64,000 bases of DNA from Patescibacteria group bacterium (GCA_028716725.1 JAQUPG010000007.1:10205-74204); one strand, 5' to 3'. Counted from the stretch's first letter, positions 42,680-52,232 are shown. Made by a program: numbers and translations. Notes: generated by a model not told the origin, from the letters alone.

Positions 42680-43234
42680 CTATACCGTCATTATTTCCTC
42701 CTCTTTTTTATCTCTTATATTTTTTAACTCCTCGTTTCTTTCTCCCACTTCTTCGTCAAGCTCTTTCATAAATCTGAATTTGTCGTCTTCGTTGATTTCC
42801 TTTTCTTCTTCGCCTTTCTCAATCGCCTCTTTTATTTCATCCCGGGTCTGTCTGATAGTAATACGGGATTTTTCCATTTTTTCATTCAGCTTCTTTACCA
42901 ACTCCCGCCTATTTTCTTCGGTCATTGTCGGAACCGTTATTCTTATTTTATCCCCTTCATTAACCACACCCACGCCCAAATTAGCCGCCACAATGGCTTT
43001 TTCAATATCTTTCATAATATTTTTATCCCAGGGGGAAATTACTAGGCTTTTGGCGTCGCTGACGCTTATGCTGGCCAGTCCGTTAAGCGGAGTCTTGGCG
43101 CCATAAGCTTCGGCCATGATTCCCTCTAAAATCGCCGGGTTCGCCCGGCCCGTGCGCAGGCTGGTAATATCTTTTTTAAAAAAATCAATTGCTTTGGCAA
43201 ATTCTCCTTGTTTCTCTTTTAGATATGAATTCAT
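42680..43234 (-). CDS. frr: Ribosome recycling factor
   Basis: 185-aa RRF layout with ...SLRTGRANPAILEGIMAEAYG... Start at MNSYLKEKQ. Confidence 0.95.
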   Translation of the reverse strand: MNSYLKEKQGEFAKAIDFFKKDITSLRTGRANPAILEGIMAEAYGAKTPLNGLASISVSDAKSLVISPWDKNIMKDIEKAIVAANLGVGVVNEGDKIRITVPTMTEENRRELVKKLNEKMEKSRITIRQTRDEIKEAIEKGEEEKEINEDDKFRFMKELDEEVGERNEELKNIRDKKEEEIMTV

Positions 43235-43311
43235 AATAATTATAATTTGTCCCGCCACTTTATTATATTTATTGTGGGCGGGATCCCGCCGAAGCGGTGA
43301 TAAATTAGTAA

Positions 43312-44391
43312 TTAGAAACTCTTATTATCCTCTATTTTTCTTGCACCCAGGTAAATAATATTCGGATTCTCCGGATTAATCAGCAACTTCCAGCCGGCCC
43401 GCGTAGTCGGCAGTTTCTTCGTTGTCCAGTTTGCCCCCCCGTCAAGAGAACGATAAAAAGTCGTATTGGTAACATAATAAACTTCTTTGGAATTCTTCGG
43501 GCCAACGGCGATAGAATTGATGGTCGCTTCTTTTTCCGGCGTGATTAATTCAATCTTTGCCCAATTATCGCCGTTATCGGCTGACTTCAACAAACCGTAA
43601 TTTGTCGCCAAAAATATTAAGCCTTTATCGGCAGAAGCGACTGCTAAATCCTTAAAGCTAAGGGCGTTTTTAAAATCCTTTAATTTTTCTTCAAGGCTTA
43701 CCCAATTGGCTCCGCCGTCAGTTGAACGGAAAATTCCTTTCTTGGCCGTGGCGGCAAAAATTAAACGGCTGTCAGCCGGGCTGACGACAATTTTTTGCAC
43801 GCTGTTTTCAAAGCGGCCGATGGTTTTCCAGCTTCCTCCCCGGTCAGAGCTCTTTATAGCTTCGCCCCTGGAAGTGCCGATAAAGACATTAACGCTGTTA
43901 TAATGGTCTATGGCAATGGTGTTAACTATCGTATTGACATCGTTGTCATAATAAACCTGGGCCCAGGTCCGGTTGCAGTCGGTTGATTTATAAACCTTAT
44001 TTTCAATGCCGGCATAAATTATGCATTTTGAGACCGGGTCAACGGCGATAGCGTTAATCGTCACCTTTCCCAGGCCGTTAGCCAAAAACCAGCCTCCTGC
44101 CCCATTATAAGTATAAAGAAGGCCATTGTCTACGCTGCCGAAATAAATCGCTCCCGGGTCGCTTGGATCCATAGCTAAAGAAGAAGCGTTTAAATTGCCA
44201 AAGCTGCCCGGCTGGCCGCTGGTTGTCGGAATTAAAACTTTCTGGACCCAATTATTGCCCTGGTTGGCAGTTACGTAAATGCCGCCGTCATTACCGCCCC
44301 CTTCTCCGTTTTTAAAGCTGATGGAGCAACCGGAGACCATAATTGCTAGAACCATCATTATAATCAGTAAATTTAGTTTGTTTTTAAACAT
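43312..44391 (-). CDS. Lipoprotein with BNR/Asp-box beta-propeller repeats (Ycf48/sortilin-like)
   Basis: Lipobox VSGCS. Repeated SxDxGxxW: STDCNRTW, SSDRGGSW, STDGGANW, SADNGDNW, SLDGGANW. Confidence 0.65.
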   Translation of the reverse strand: MFKNKLNLLIIMMVLAIMVSGCSISFKNGEGGGNDGGIYVTANQGNNWVQKVLIPTTSGQPGSFGNLNASSLAMDPSDPGAIYFGSVDNGLLYTYNGAGGWFLANGLGKVTINAIAVDPVSKCIIYAGIENKVYKSTDCNRTWAQVYYDNDVNTIVNTIAIDHYNSVNVFIGTSRGEAIKSSDRGGSWKTIGRFENSVQKIVVSPADSRLIFAATAKKGIFRSTDGGANWVSLEEKLKDFKNALSFKDLAVASADKGLIFLATNYGLLKSADNGDNWAKIELITPEKEATINSIAVGPKNSKEVYYVTNTTFYRSLDGGANWTTKKLPTTRAGWKLLINPENPNIIYLGARKIEDNKSF

Positions 44392-44494
44392 ATGTTTGAT
44401 TAAAAAGTAAAAAGTTATAAAATTCATAAAGCTATAAAGTTATCTAACTGATGGCATTCCAAAAACTTTATAAACTTTACAACTTTACAAACTT

Positions 44495-45589
44495 TTAACT
44501 AATATTGATTGCTATATTTTCTAATACCAGCTTCGGACTAACATTAGCCCCTAAATATTCTTTGCCTATCTCCAGATTTTTTATTATTTTTATTAAAGTG
44601 GTAATTCCGGGATTAAATTTTCCCCCCGGACGGGCAAACTCTTCAATTATCGTATGATGCTGGATTAAATCTTTCTGCCCCAAATCTAAGAGCAATAAAT
44701 CACGGGCTACTCCCTGCCAAATTTCTAAAATTTTAAAAGCTTTCTTACTGCCTTCCTGTCCGGAAAAACCGGCGCCGATTGTTTTTTCTATACCGGCCAG
44801 CCGTTCGTTTATATCCTGTCTGACAAAATCCAAAAAAATTTTTGCTTTATCCGTGTAGTCTTTATAAAAATTCTTGTCTTTTAAAAATTTAACCGCCAGG
44901 GCCGGCCGGCCCAGAGAAATTTTAGATAAATTTTTCGCCAGGCTTCTTGAAACTTTATGCTCATCAACAAGATAATTATGGATAATATCAGTTTTAACCG
45001 GATAAAAATTCAGAACCTGGCTGCGGGAAACAATCGTGGCCGGGATTGACTCTAAATTAGCGGCAATTAATATAATAACCACCTTTTCTTTCGGCTCTTC
45101 CAAAGTCTTTAACAAAGCATTAGCAGCCTCAAGACTTAAACTATCCGCTTCCTTGATAATCCCCACTTTATATGATCCTAAAAATGAGCTTAAATTTAAG
45201 CCCTTTATAAATTCCCTGGCCTGCTCAATGGAAATGTTTTTTTTATCTTTTTCCCTTTCTATAAGATGGAAATCACCGTGGATTATGCCGGCTTCTTCTT
45301 CTTGGCTCTGGCCGGAATTGCTTTTCTTTATTCTAGAAAAAGCCAAGCAAGAAACGCACTCGCCGCAGGGTGAAACAATTTCGTCTCTCTTTAATTTAGC
45401 TTTGCTTTGGCAAAGTAAACATTTGGCAAAATAATTAGCGACCGTGGATTTGCCTAAATCCTGCGGACCGAAAAAAATATAAGCATTGGCTATCTTTTCA
45501 TTAGTAATGCTTTTGGATAAAAAATCAATAATATGGCTGTTACCGACCAAAGGCCAACTTAATTTTTCCTTCTTTTTGCTTTCCGGCAT
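44495..45589 (-). CDS. holB: DNA polymerase III delta-prime subunit
   Basis: AYIFFGPQDLGKST P-loop-like motif, zinc module CGECVSC, SRSQ sensor motif (VSRSQ). Confidence 0.8.
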   Translation of the reverse strand: MPESKKKEKLSWPLVGNSHIIDFLSKSITNEKIANAYIFFGPQDLGKSTVANYFAKCLLCQSKAKLKRDEIVSPCGECVSCLAFSRIKKSNSGQSQEEEAGIIHGDFHLIEREKDKKNISIEQAREFIKGLNLSSFLGSYKVGIIKEADSLSLEAANALLKTLEEPKEKVVIILIAANLESIPATIVSRSQVLNFYPVKTDIIHNYLVDEHKVSRSLAKNLSKISLGRPALAVKFLKDKNFYKDYTDKAKIFLDFVRQDINERLAGIEKTIGAGFSGQEGSKKAFKILEIWQGVARDLLLLDLGQKDLIQHHTIIEEFARPGGKFNPGITTLIKIIKNLEIGKEYLGANVSPKLVLENIAINIS

Positions 45590-45690
45590 GCTTAAATTAT
45601 AACATTCTGTTTTATAATTCGCAACAGCTATAGTCCGCTTGATTTTTCTATAAAAATCTGCTAAATTATGAATACCAAACAGTTAAAACC

Positions 45691-45710
45691 CCTGCCTACC
45701 GGCAGGCAGG
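45691..45710. repeat. 20-bp near-palindrome cctgcctaccggcaggcagg (family copy 3), abutting a TATAAT
   Basis: Read directly. It is followed immediately by tataat and lies 21 nt upstream of the sugar-transferase ATG. Confidence 0.85.
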
Positions 45711-45730
45711 TATAATCTAAAATTAAAAAA

Positions 45731-47095
45731 ATGGACAATAAACTTAAAAAAATTATCCTTTTGGCCGGCGATATCGGGATTCTTTATCTTTCCCTCTATT
45801 TAACCCTTTTAATCCGTTATTGGGACAAACCGACCAGCAGTCTTTGGCAGAGCCATGTCTGGCCTTTTACAATAATTTTTGCGGCCTGGATCCTGATCTT
45901 TTATATCTCTAATCTATACGACTTGAATCTGGCTGCCAACAACGCAAATTTTTTCCGTTTAACCGCCAAGGGCCTTCTCATAACCGGCCTGCTTTCTGTC
46001 GCCTTCTTTTATTTAACGCCGCAAATAAGCATCGCCCCGAAAAGGAATCTTTTAATTTACGTGGTCATCTTTGCCGTTTTGTTTTCTCTTTGGCGGCAAT
46101 TTTTCAATTGGTCGCTAAAATCATATCTGCCCAAGAATAATATCGCTTTTGTCGGTTTAAACAACCAGGTGCTGGAGTTAATAAAAGAATTAAAGCAGAA
46201 GCCGCATCTTGGCTACAGTGTCGCTTTCGTGGTTGATGATAAAAATACCGGCCGGGAAAGCATTGAGGGCATCCAAATTTTTAACGATGTTTCCCGCCTC
46301 TATTCCCTCATCAGCTCCAAAAAAATTACTAATATCATCCTTACTTCCGACCCCCATCAGTCGGAAGAATTGCGAACCGTTCTTTTCGGCTGCCTGCCCC
46401 TGAAAATAAGCTATACCAGCCTGCCTAATTTTTACGAGAATATTACCGGCCGGGTTCCGATTGAATCAATCAACCAAATGTGGTTTCTGGAAAATTTGAG
46501 CGAAGGCAGGAAATCTCTCTTTGGTTTCACAAAACGCCTTTATGATTTTACCCTGGCTTTATTAATTTTATTCGGAACGCTAATCTTCTGGCCAGTCATT
46601 GGAATAATAATAAAATTGGGAAGCAAGGGCCCGATATTTTTCAGGCAGACAAGAACCGGCAAGGGCAATAAACCTTTTAAAATAATTAAATTCCGCACCA
46701 TGACGGTTATGAATAATAATTTTTCCCCGACCGCCAAAGACGATAACCGAATTACTAAATTCGGTTCTTTCCTGCGCAAAACCAGAATTGACGAAATTCC
46801 CCAGGTAATCAATATCTTAAGCGGGGAAATGAGTTTTGTCGGCCCTCGACCGGAAAGGCCGGAACTGATAGAAGAGCTGGAAGGCAAAATTCCTTTTTAT
46901 AACGAAAGGCTGCTGGTCAAACCCGGAATAACCGGCTGGGACCAAATTTCCGGCGAGTATCATTCCCCCAGCCAGGAAGACACTTTAAAAAAACTTCAAT
47001 ATGATTTATTCTACATCAAAAATCGTTCGATCTATTTAGATATTTCAATTCTACTAAAAACAATAACAACAATAATCTCCCATAAAGGCGTATAA
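45731..47095 (+). CDS. Polyprenyl-phosphate hexose-1-phosphate transferase (WbaP/EpsB-like priming sugar transferase)
   Basis: N-terminal TMs, with the C-terminal bacterial sugar-transferase motifs SFVGPRPERPE and KPGITGWDQISG. Confidence 0.9.
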   Translation: MDNKLKKIILLAGDIGILYLSLYLTLLIRYWDKPTSSLWQSHVWPFTIIFAAWILIFYISNLYDLNLAANNANFFRLTAKGLLITGLLSVAFFYLTPQISIAPKRNLLIYVVIFAVLFSLWRQFFNWSLKSYLPKNNIAFVGLNNQVLELIKELKQKPHLGYSVAFVVDDKNTGRESIEGIQIFNDVSRLYSLISSKKITNIILTSDPHQSEELRTVLFGCLPLKISYTSLPNFYENITGRVPIESINQMWFLENLSEGRKSLFGFTKRLYDFTLALLILFGTLIFWPVIGIIIKLGSKGPIFFRQTRTGKGNKPFKIIKFRTMTVMNNNFSPTAKDDNRITKFGSFLRKTRIDEIPQVINILSGEMSFVGPRPERPELIEELEGKIPFYNERLLVKPGITGWDQISGEYHSPSQEDTLKKLQYDLFYIKNRSIYLDISILLKTITTIISHKGV

Positions 47096-47096
47096 A

Positions 47097-47136
47097 CCCC
47101 ACACCTAATATTTATATATAAATATTAGGTGTGGGG
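47097..47136. terminator. 40-nt perfect palindrome right after the sugar-transferase stop (putative terminator)
   Basis: ccccacacctaatatttata|tataaatattaggtgtgggg. Read directly. Confidence 0.7.
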
Positions 47137-47347
47137 GTAAAAACTATTGCTACGATTTTATCAAAAAGTGGGATATAAAAAAGGCGACTTGGTGAAAAGT
47201 CGCCTTTTACAAATATTCCTAAAAAAGAGTGAAGCTCCCTGATTCGAAACCGAAAGCATCTTCCTTTAATATGTCTAACCACTTCCTCCTAAACAATCGC
47301 GCGGGAAGAGAAGAAAAAGTCTCTTTCGACGAAAGGGACTTTTTCGT

Positions 47348-48097
47348 TTAAAAGGCTTTAATGATGGTTCTTAAGCTCAAAAGAACAATGAGAATTCCGA
47401 CAACTACCATCAGTTTCTTCGGCGAAATCCTTTTGCAGGCATAGGCGGCCAACGGCGCAGCCAAAACCCCGCCGACAAGCAGGCCGACAATTACTTGCCA
47501 ATACTGGGTTAGTAAGGAACCGATAGTGACAAAAAAAGTTATTGATTCGGCTACGGTGACGAAAAATTCGGCCGCATTAACCGAACCAATTACGAATCGA
47601 GGATGATTGCCGTTGGCCACCAAAGTAGTAGTGACTATCGGCCCCCAACCGCCGCCGCCAATGGCGTCAAAAAATCCGCCGACTAAACCCAGGGGAACAG
47701 CCCTTATCTTTTTTACCTCTTGCGATTTAGCTTTTCTGAATGCCTTCCAAATTATTCTTATCCCCATAAGAAGCAAATAAGCGGACACAAAAGGTTTTAT
47801 CCTGTCTCCGGGAAATTCCGTTAAGATATAGGCTCCGCTGGCCCCACCTATTACTCCGGGGATTAAGAGGCTAAAAAAAAGCTTTTTGTCCACGTTGCCG
47901 AACTTAAAATGGGATATGCCGGAAGCGAGGGTAGTAAAAATCTCCGAGGTGTGGACACAAGCACTGGCTACCATTGGTGATAAACCGAAAGTCAGCAATA
48001 AAGTATTGGCCGAAACTCCATAGGCCATACCCAGCGTGCCATCAATCATCTGGGCGATGAAGCCAAAGATGATGAAAAAAAAGATGGATTCGTTCAT
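47348..48097 (-). CDS. TauE/SafE-family anion permease (sulfite/sulfonate exporter family)
   Basis: A 249-aa polytopic protein with the duplicated Gly-rich TM pattern of DUF81/TauE (...GGASGAYIL..., ...GGFFDAIGGGGWGP...). Confidence 0.8.
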   Translation of the reverse strand: MNESIFFFIIFGFIAQMIDGTLGMAYGVSANTLLLTFGLSPMVASACVHTSEIFTTLASGISHFKFGNVDKKLFFSLLIPGVIGGASGAYILTEFPGDRIKPFVSAYLLLMGIRIIWKAFRKAKSQEVKKIRAVPLGLVGGFFDAIGGGGWGPIVTTTLVANGNHPRFVIGSVNAAEFFVTVAESITFFVTIGSLLTQYWQVIVGLLVGGVLAAPLAAYACKRISPKKLMVVVGILIVLLSLRTIIKAF

Positions 48098-48152
48098 CGT
48101 TTTTTCCTTTGTTTTTAAATGAACCAGGTTAATATGTAAAAAAATACCTCTG

Positions 48153-48554
48153 TTAAATCAACTCTTTTAGTGTTAAATTTTCCAATTTATCAGCAATATA
48201 ATCTCTGATTCCCCGCAAAACTTTTATAATTTTTTTTTCTTGGCTTAAGGGTGTTTTAGAAAAAAAATAATGGCTGACTGACTCGGTTGGTGCTAAAGCT
48301 CCATCCATCAACCTAATAATTTCAGCCACGGTAATTTTCCCAGACGGCTTCGCCAGGCAATAGCCGCCTTCGGCCCCTCTTTTAGTCTTAATATAACAAC
48401 TATTTTTCAGGATAAAAAAAAGCTGCTCTAAATACTTTTTAGATAAATTGTATTTCTCGCAGATATCTTCTATTTTAATAAAGCCATTCTTTTCATGACG
48501 AGCTATATATATTAGCGCCAGCAAAGCATATTCGCTTTTAGTAGTTAATTTCAT
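48153..48554 (-). CDS. Rrf2-family transcriptional regulator (IscR/CymR-like)
   Basis: MKLTTKSEYALLALIYIA... is the winged-HTH Rrf2 N-terminus. I see no 3-Cys cluster. Confidence 0.9.
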   Translation of the reverse strand: MKLTTKSEYALLALIYIARHEKNGFIKIEDICEKYNLSKKYLEQLFFILKNSCYIKTKRGAEGGYCLAKPSGKITVAEIIRLMDGALAPTESVSHYFFSKTPLSQEKKIIKVLRGIRDYIADKLENLTLKELI

Positions 48555-48587
48555 ATTTTTTGTTTATTATTTACTTTGTCTATAAAC

Positions 48588-48616
48588 ATTATAGACTTAT
48601 CAACTTCTTTCGTCAA
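48588..48616 (-). promoter_or_regulatory. Near-consensus promoter of the Rrf2 gene
   Basis: On the minus strand: TTGACG (48616-48611), 17-nt spacer, TATAAT (48593-48588). The inverted repeat tgtttat-N14-ataaaca (48561-48588) lies between the -10 and the ATG. Confidence 0.65.
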
Positions 48617-48630
48617 GAACCCTGCCTGTG

Positions 48631-48667
48631 GATAAAAAAGAGCGGTTTTTATTCCTAAAAACCGCTC
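48631..48667 (-). terminator. Rho-independent terminator after the HxHxQ orphan
   Basis: gagcggttttt-aggaa-taaaaaccgctc, followed by tttttt on the minus strand. Confidence 0.8.
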
Positions 48668-48689
48668 GATGTGTCTTAATTTGAGCGAA

Positions 48690-49397
48690 TTATTTCTTCG
48701 ACTTCTGCATGATACCGGCAAGAAGTGCCTGAGCCACTGCCTCGGGAAGGTTGAATTCCCTCTGGACTCCCGCGATAACTTCGGGGATATTGGCAACGAC
48801 CCGGGGCAAGGATTCCTCTTTCCCCGCCTGCATAATCTGGGCGTGAAAATGGTCGCGCGTGCTAGCTCCGCCGAAATTGACAACTGCACGGAAATCGGTT
48901 CCGAATATTTCTGCCGCCACTCTTATGGCTTGGGCAGTGAGAACGGCACGGGCTTCCACTTCTTTAGCGCCGACATGGCAGTTAATGACTGTAAAGATAT
49001 AATGTTTCTTTACACATTTCTTACCGCTCGGGATGACGATCCAGATATATTCTTTTCCTCCCTTACCCCCTATCATAACCGATCCGGAGGAAATAATTTC
49101 AACTTCCTGCCCAATCTGATCAAGGGTTTTATCTTTGAATTGTTCGCAACTCGGGCAACCGGTAACAAAACCTTCTGCCATCACTCTGAATCCTCCCTTA
49201 TCCAAAAATTTGCCACTAGTATTTATGTATACATCAGCTTTCTTTTCCGCTATTTTCCCAACCTTTATGCCAGCACTCCCGCAAGGCATAAATTTTTTTA
49301 TACCCAACTTTTCAGCCAATCTTATTTCCGTTTCAAGTAAATGAAATCGGCTAACAAGCATCTTTGCGTTTCCCAAATTAATTTTCAACGAAGCCAT
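48690..49397 (-). CDS. Hypothetical protein with an HxHxQ motif (possible GalT-branch HIT-like nucleotidyltransferase/phosphorylase)
   Basis: STRDHFHAQIMQ matches the HxHxQ-hydrophobic-hydrophobic pattern of the GalT branch of the HIT superfamily, and there is an upstream CPSC pair. G+C is clearly above its neighbours. 13-nt overlap with the sulfotransferase gene. Confidence 0.35.
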   Translation of the reverse strand: MASLKINLGNAKMLVSRFHLLETEIRLAEKLGIKKFMPCGSAGIKVGKIAEKKADVYINTSGKFLDKGGFRVMAEGFVTGCPSCEQFKDKTLDQIGQEVEIISSGSVMIGGKGGKEYIWIVIPSGKKCVKKHYIFTVINCHVGAKEVEARAVLTAQAIRVAAEIFGTDFRAVVNFGGASTRDHFHAQIMQAGKEESLPRVVANIPEVIAGVQREFNLPEAVAQALLAGIMQKSKK

Positions 49398-50347
49398 TTA
49401 TTAATTTTATAATATATTCTCTCGAAACAAAATTTGAGTAATCGTTTAAACAATCGTTTTAAGCGTCTTTTTAATGTTAATGGTTTATTATCAAATAACT
49501 GATAACCTTTATAACTTAAATATGCTTTTTTTAAACTAAGTGGAGAAAATTTCTCTAAAGCTTTTAGTTTATCAATGTCTCCCCTAATTTCGCTATCTTT
49601 AAAATCTTCATTAACCTGCTGATAATACTTATCAAATATTGGTAACAAAGAATCCCAAAAAGGATGAGAGTTAAGATTTGCTTCTATGTCTTTATTTTTA
49701 GGCTTGATTGTAGAAGAAGGATGACCTTGCCACCAATAAAGAGAAGACTTGGGATTATCTTCATTAATATTGCTGACTTTTTCCCACCATTTATCCAAAG
49801 ATGACATTTCCATATTTAAAAAACGTCCTAATTCCTCTATTGTTTTATCATTCTGATAAATCATGTCCACCATGCGGATATGTAGAATATTCGGCAATAA
49901 AAAACTCTCTAAAAAATAAATACAATAATCTATCGCCGTATATAAAATATCATCCTTAATGAAGAAAAAATCGTTGATGGAATCTTTACACAACCAGGTA
50001 CGAATATCTCTTATAGTAAAAATTACTCCGTAATCCCGTAATTTATTTAACAACCCCTTATTTATATCCGGAAACTTATCCCCTATAATCTTAAAATCAT
50101 ATCCTTTCTCCCTGAAAAATTTCAAAGCCCGAGAATATGATCTCCCAATATCATCCTCGTCTCTAAACAAATATCGCGCTTCAGGATATCTCCTTAAAAA
50201 TTTTCCCGCATATTTACTAATTTTGCTGCGATTAAGACATGTTTCATAAAATATAAAAATATTTGGGTGGCGGTTTAACATTCCCACTAAGGTGGAAGTT
50301 CCGGTTTTTGGCGCACCAACAATAAATAAAATATTTTTTTTCTCCAT
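49385..50347 (-). CDS. Sulfotransferase-family protein
   Basis: N-terminal PAPS 5'-phosphosulfate-binding-like loop FIVGAPKTGTSTLVGML. Located directly downstream of cysD and cysNC. Very low G+C. Confidence 0.7.
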   Translation of the reverse strand: MEKKNILFIVGAPKTGTSTLVGMLNRHPNIFIFYETCLNRSKISKYAGKFLRRYPEARYLFRDEDDIGRSYSRALKFFREKGYDFKIIGDKFPDINKGLLNKLRDYGVIFTIRDIRTWLCKDSINDFFFIKDDILYTAIDYCIYFLESFLLPNILHIRMVDMIYQNDKTIEELGRFLNMEMSSLDKWWEKVSNINEDNPKSSLYWWQGHPSSTIKPKNKDIEANLNSHPFWDSLLPIFDKYYQQVNEDFKDSEIRGDIDKLKALEKFSPLSLKKAYLSYKGYQLFDNKPLTLKRRLKRLFKRLLKFCFERIYYKINKWLR

Positions 50348-50414
50348 AGGTTTATTGGCTTATTACCATTAAATATTTGAATATTTTACTCTCCCCTTTT
50401 TCCTTCACCCTTGC

Positions 50415-52232
50415 TTATATTAATTTTTTATTCTCCAAATAAGCTAAAATTTTGTTAACACATTCATCAAGCGGTATTTTATCGGTTCTTAAATGGATAT
50501 CCGGCTTCTTTGGCTCTTCATAGGGATCAGTAATCCCGGTAAAATCTTTTACTTCATTTTGGCCAGCTTTCTTGTACAATCCCTTTGTATCTCTCCTCTG
50601 GCAAACTTCCAGGGGGGCATCCACAAATATTTCAATAAAATCGGATACTTGTTTTCTGACCATCTCTCTCTGCTTGCGGTAGGGAGAAATAAAAGTGGCT
50701 AAAACCAAAACCCCGTGTTTGCTTAAAAGATTTGCCACATATGAAACCCGGCTAATGTTAGAGTCCCTGTCCTGCCTGGAGAAACCCAGATCTTTAGTTA
50801 AAGATTGGCGGACAATGTCTCCGTCCAGTCTTTCGCAGTCAATATTCCTTTTCTCCAGTTTTTCCCTCACTTCATCGGCAATGGTACTTTTGCCCGAACC
50901 AGACAAACCGGTAAACCATAAGACTGCGCCCCTTTTTGTAAAATTTTTTTTCTTTTCGTTCTTGGCTTTCTTTTGCCCTTTATTTAAAATAATGCCGGCT
51001 CCGACTGTATTTTTCGTTATCTCATCAATAAGTATAAAACTGCCCATATTTCTATTCTTTATAAAGACATCAAACAAAAATTGATCATTGCTCTTAAGAA
51101 AAGCCCGGCCTATTTCATTTAATTCTAATCTATCCACTCTTTCCCGATGTAACGTATTTATATTCAGACGATAATTTATCGAATTAATAGCAACTCTACT
51201 GGTTTTGGTCGTCTGCTTTATTAAATAACTCTTACCTTGCCGTAACGGCTCATTGGTCAGACAACAAAGCATTACTTCCAACTCGCTACTTATTTCCGGT
51301 CGGTTATTCCCCCGGACAATCATATCGCCGCGGCTGACATCTATTTCATCAGTTAAACGCACAATAATCGATTGAGGAGAAAAAGCGTATTTAACTTTAT
51401 GGCCACTGACAATAATTGATTTTATTTTAGTCTTTTTCTCTGAAGGTAAAACCATAATTTCTTCCCCTTCTTTTATAACTCCACTTTCAATTTTGCCGGC
51501 ATAACCGCGCAATCTTTCCCCGAATTTTATAACCATTTGAACCGGTAAACGAAAATTTATTAAATTTCTGTCCGTAAAAGGAGTATTTTCCAAATAATAG
51601 AGAACGGTATCGCCGCCATACCAAGGCATATTCTCGCCCCGGTTCACAACCATATCGCCCTTAAGGGCTGAAACCGGAATAAATTCTAAATCTTTTATAT
51701 TCAATTTAGTGGCATAATTAATGAAATCATTTTTTATCTTCTCAAATACTTTTTGGCTATAATTGACTGCATCCATCTTGTTAATAACGACTATAATATG
51801 CGAAGCACCCAACAAAGAAGCCAGGAATAAATGACGCTTTGACTGATTTGTTAAACCAATGCTGGCATCAACTAAAATCAAAACGACATCGGCTTCCGAG
51901 GCTCCGGTTATCATATTGCGCGTATACTGTTCATGACCGGGCACATCAGCAATTATAATCCGTCTTTTAGAAGTGTTAAAATACCGATAAGCCACGTCAA
52001 TAGTAATCCCCTGCTCTCTTTCCGCTGCCAGCCCGTCTGTTAAAAGGGACAAATCAATCTCTTTAAAACCCTTTTTCTTGCTAACCTTTTTCATTCCCAA
52101 AAGCTGATCTTCGTAAATAGCATTGCAATCATAAAAAAGCCTTCCGATTAAAGTTGACTTTCCGTCATCAACGCTTCCGGCCGTAGCTAGCCGCAATAAT
52201 TCTCTATTTTTCTGATAATCAAAATTATCCAT
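50415..52232 (-). CDS. cysNC: Bifunctional sulfate adenylyltransferase subunit 1 / APS kinase (CysN-CysC fusion, NodQ-like)
   Basis: GTPase motifs GSVDDGKSTLIGRL, DVPGHEQY and NKMD. C-terminal APS-kinase P-loop GLSGSGKSTIA. Confidence 0.9.
   Translation of the reverse strand: MDNFDYQKNRELLRLATAGSVDDGKSTLIGRLFYDCNAIYEDQLLGMKKVSKKKGFKEIDLSLLTDGLAAEREQGITIDVAYRYFNTSKRRIIIADVPGHEQYTRNMITGASEADVVLILVDASIGLTNQSKRHLFLASLLGASHIIVVINKMDAVNYSQKVFEKIKNDFINYATKLNIKDLEFIPVSALKGDMVVNRGENMPWYGGDTVLYYLENTPFTDRNLINFRLPVQMVIKFGERLRGYAGKIESGVIKEGEEIMVLPSEKKTKIKSIIVSGHKVKYAFSPQSIIVRLTDEIDVSRGDMIVRGNNRPEISSELEVMLCCLTNEPLRQGKSYLIKQTTKTSRVAINSINYRLNINTLHRERVDRLELNEIGRAFLKSNDQFLFDVFIKNRNMGSFILIDEITKNTVGAGIILNKGQKKAKNEKKKNFTKRGAVLWFTGLSGSGKSTIADEVREKLEKRNIDCERLDGDIVRQSLTKDLGFSRQDRDSNISRVSYVANLLSKHGVLVLATFISPYRKQREMVRKQVSDFIEIFVDAPLEVCQRRDTKGLYKKAGQNEVKDFTGITDPYEEPKKPDIHLRTDKIPLDECVNKILAYLENKKLI

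Noticed and set aside
47230-47290. A tRNA-like T-arm string (cggtttcgaatcaggg on the minus strand).
   Set aside because: No acceptor stem, anticodon arm or D-arm can be built around it, and the GTTCGAATC-like word is imperfect.
48551-49340. ORFs 48551..48889 (-) and 48669..49340 (+), which overlap the HxHxQ gene region.
   Set aside because: Both overlap the better-supported 48690..49397 frame and the mapped terminator-promoter junction. Their length is a by-product of the locally high G+C, which gives few stop codons.
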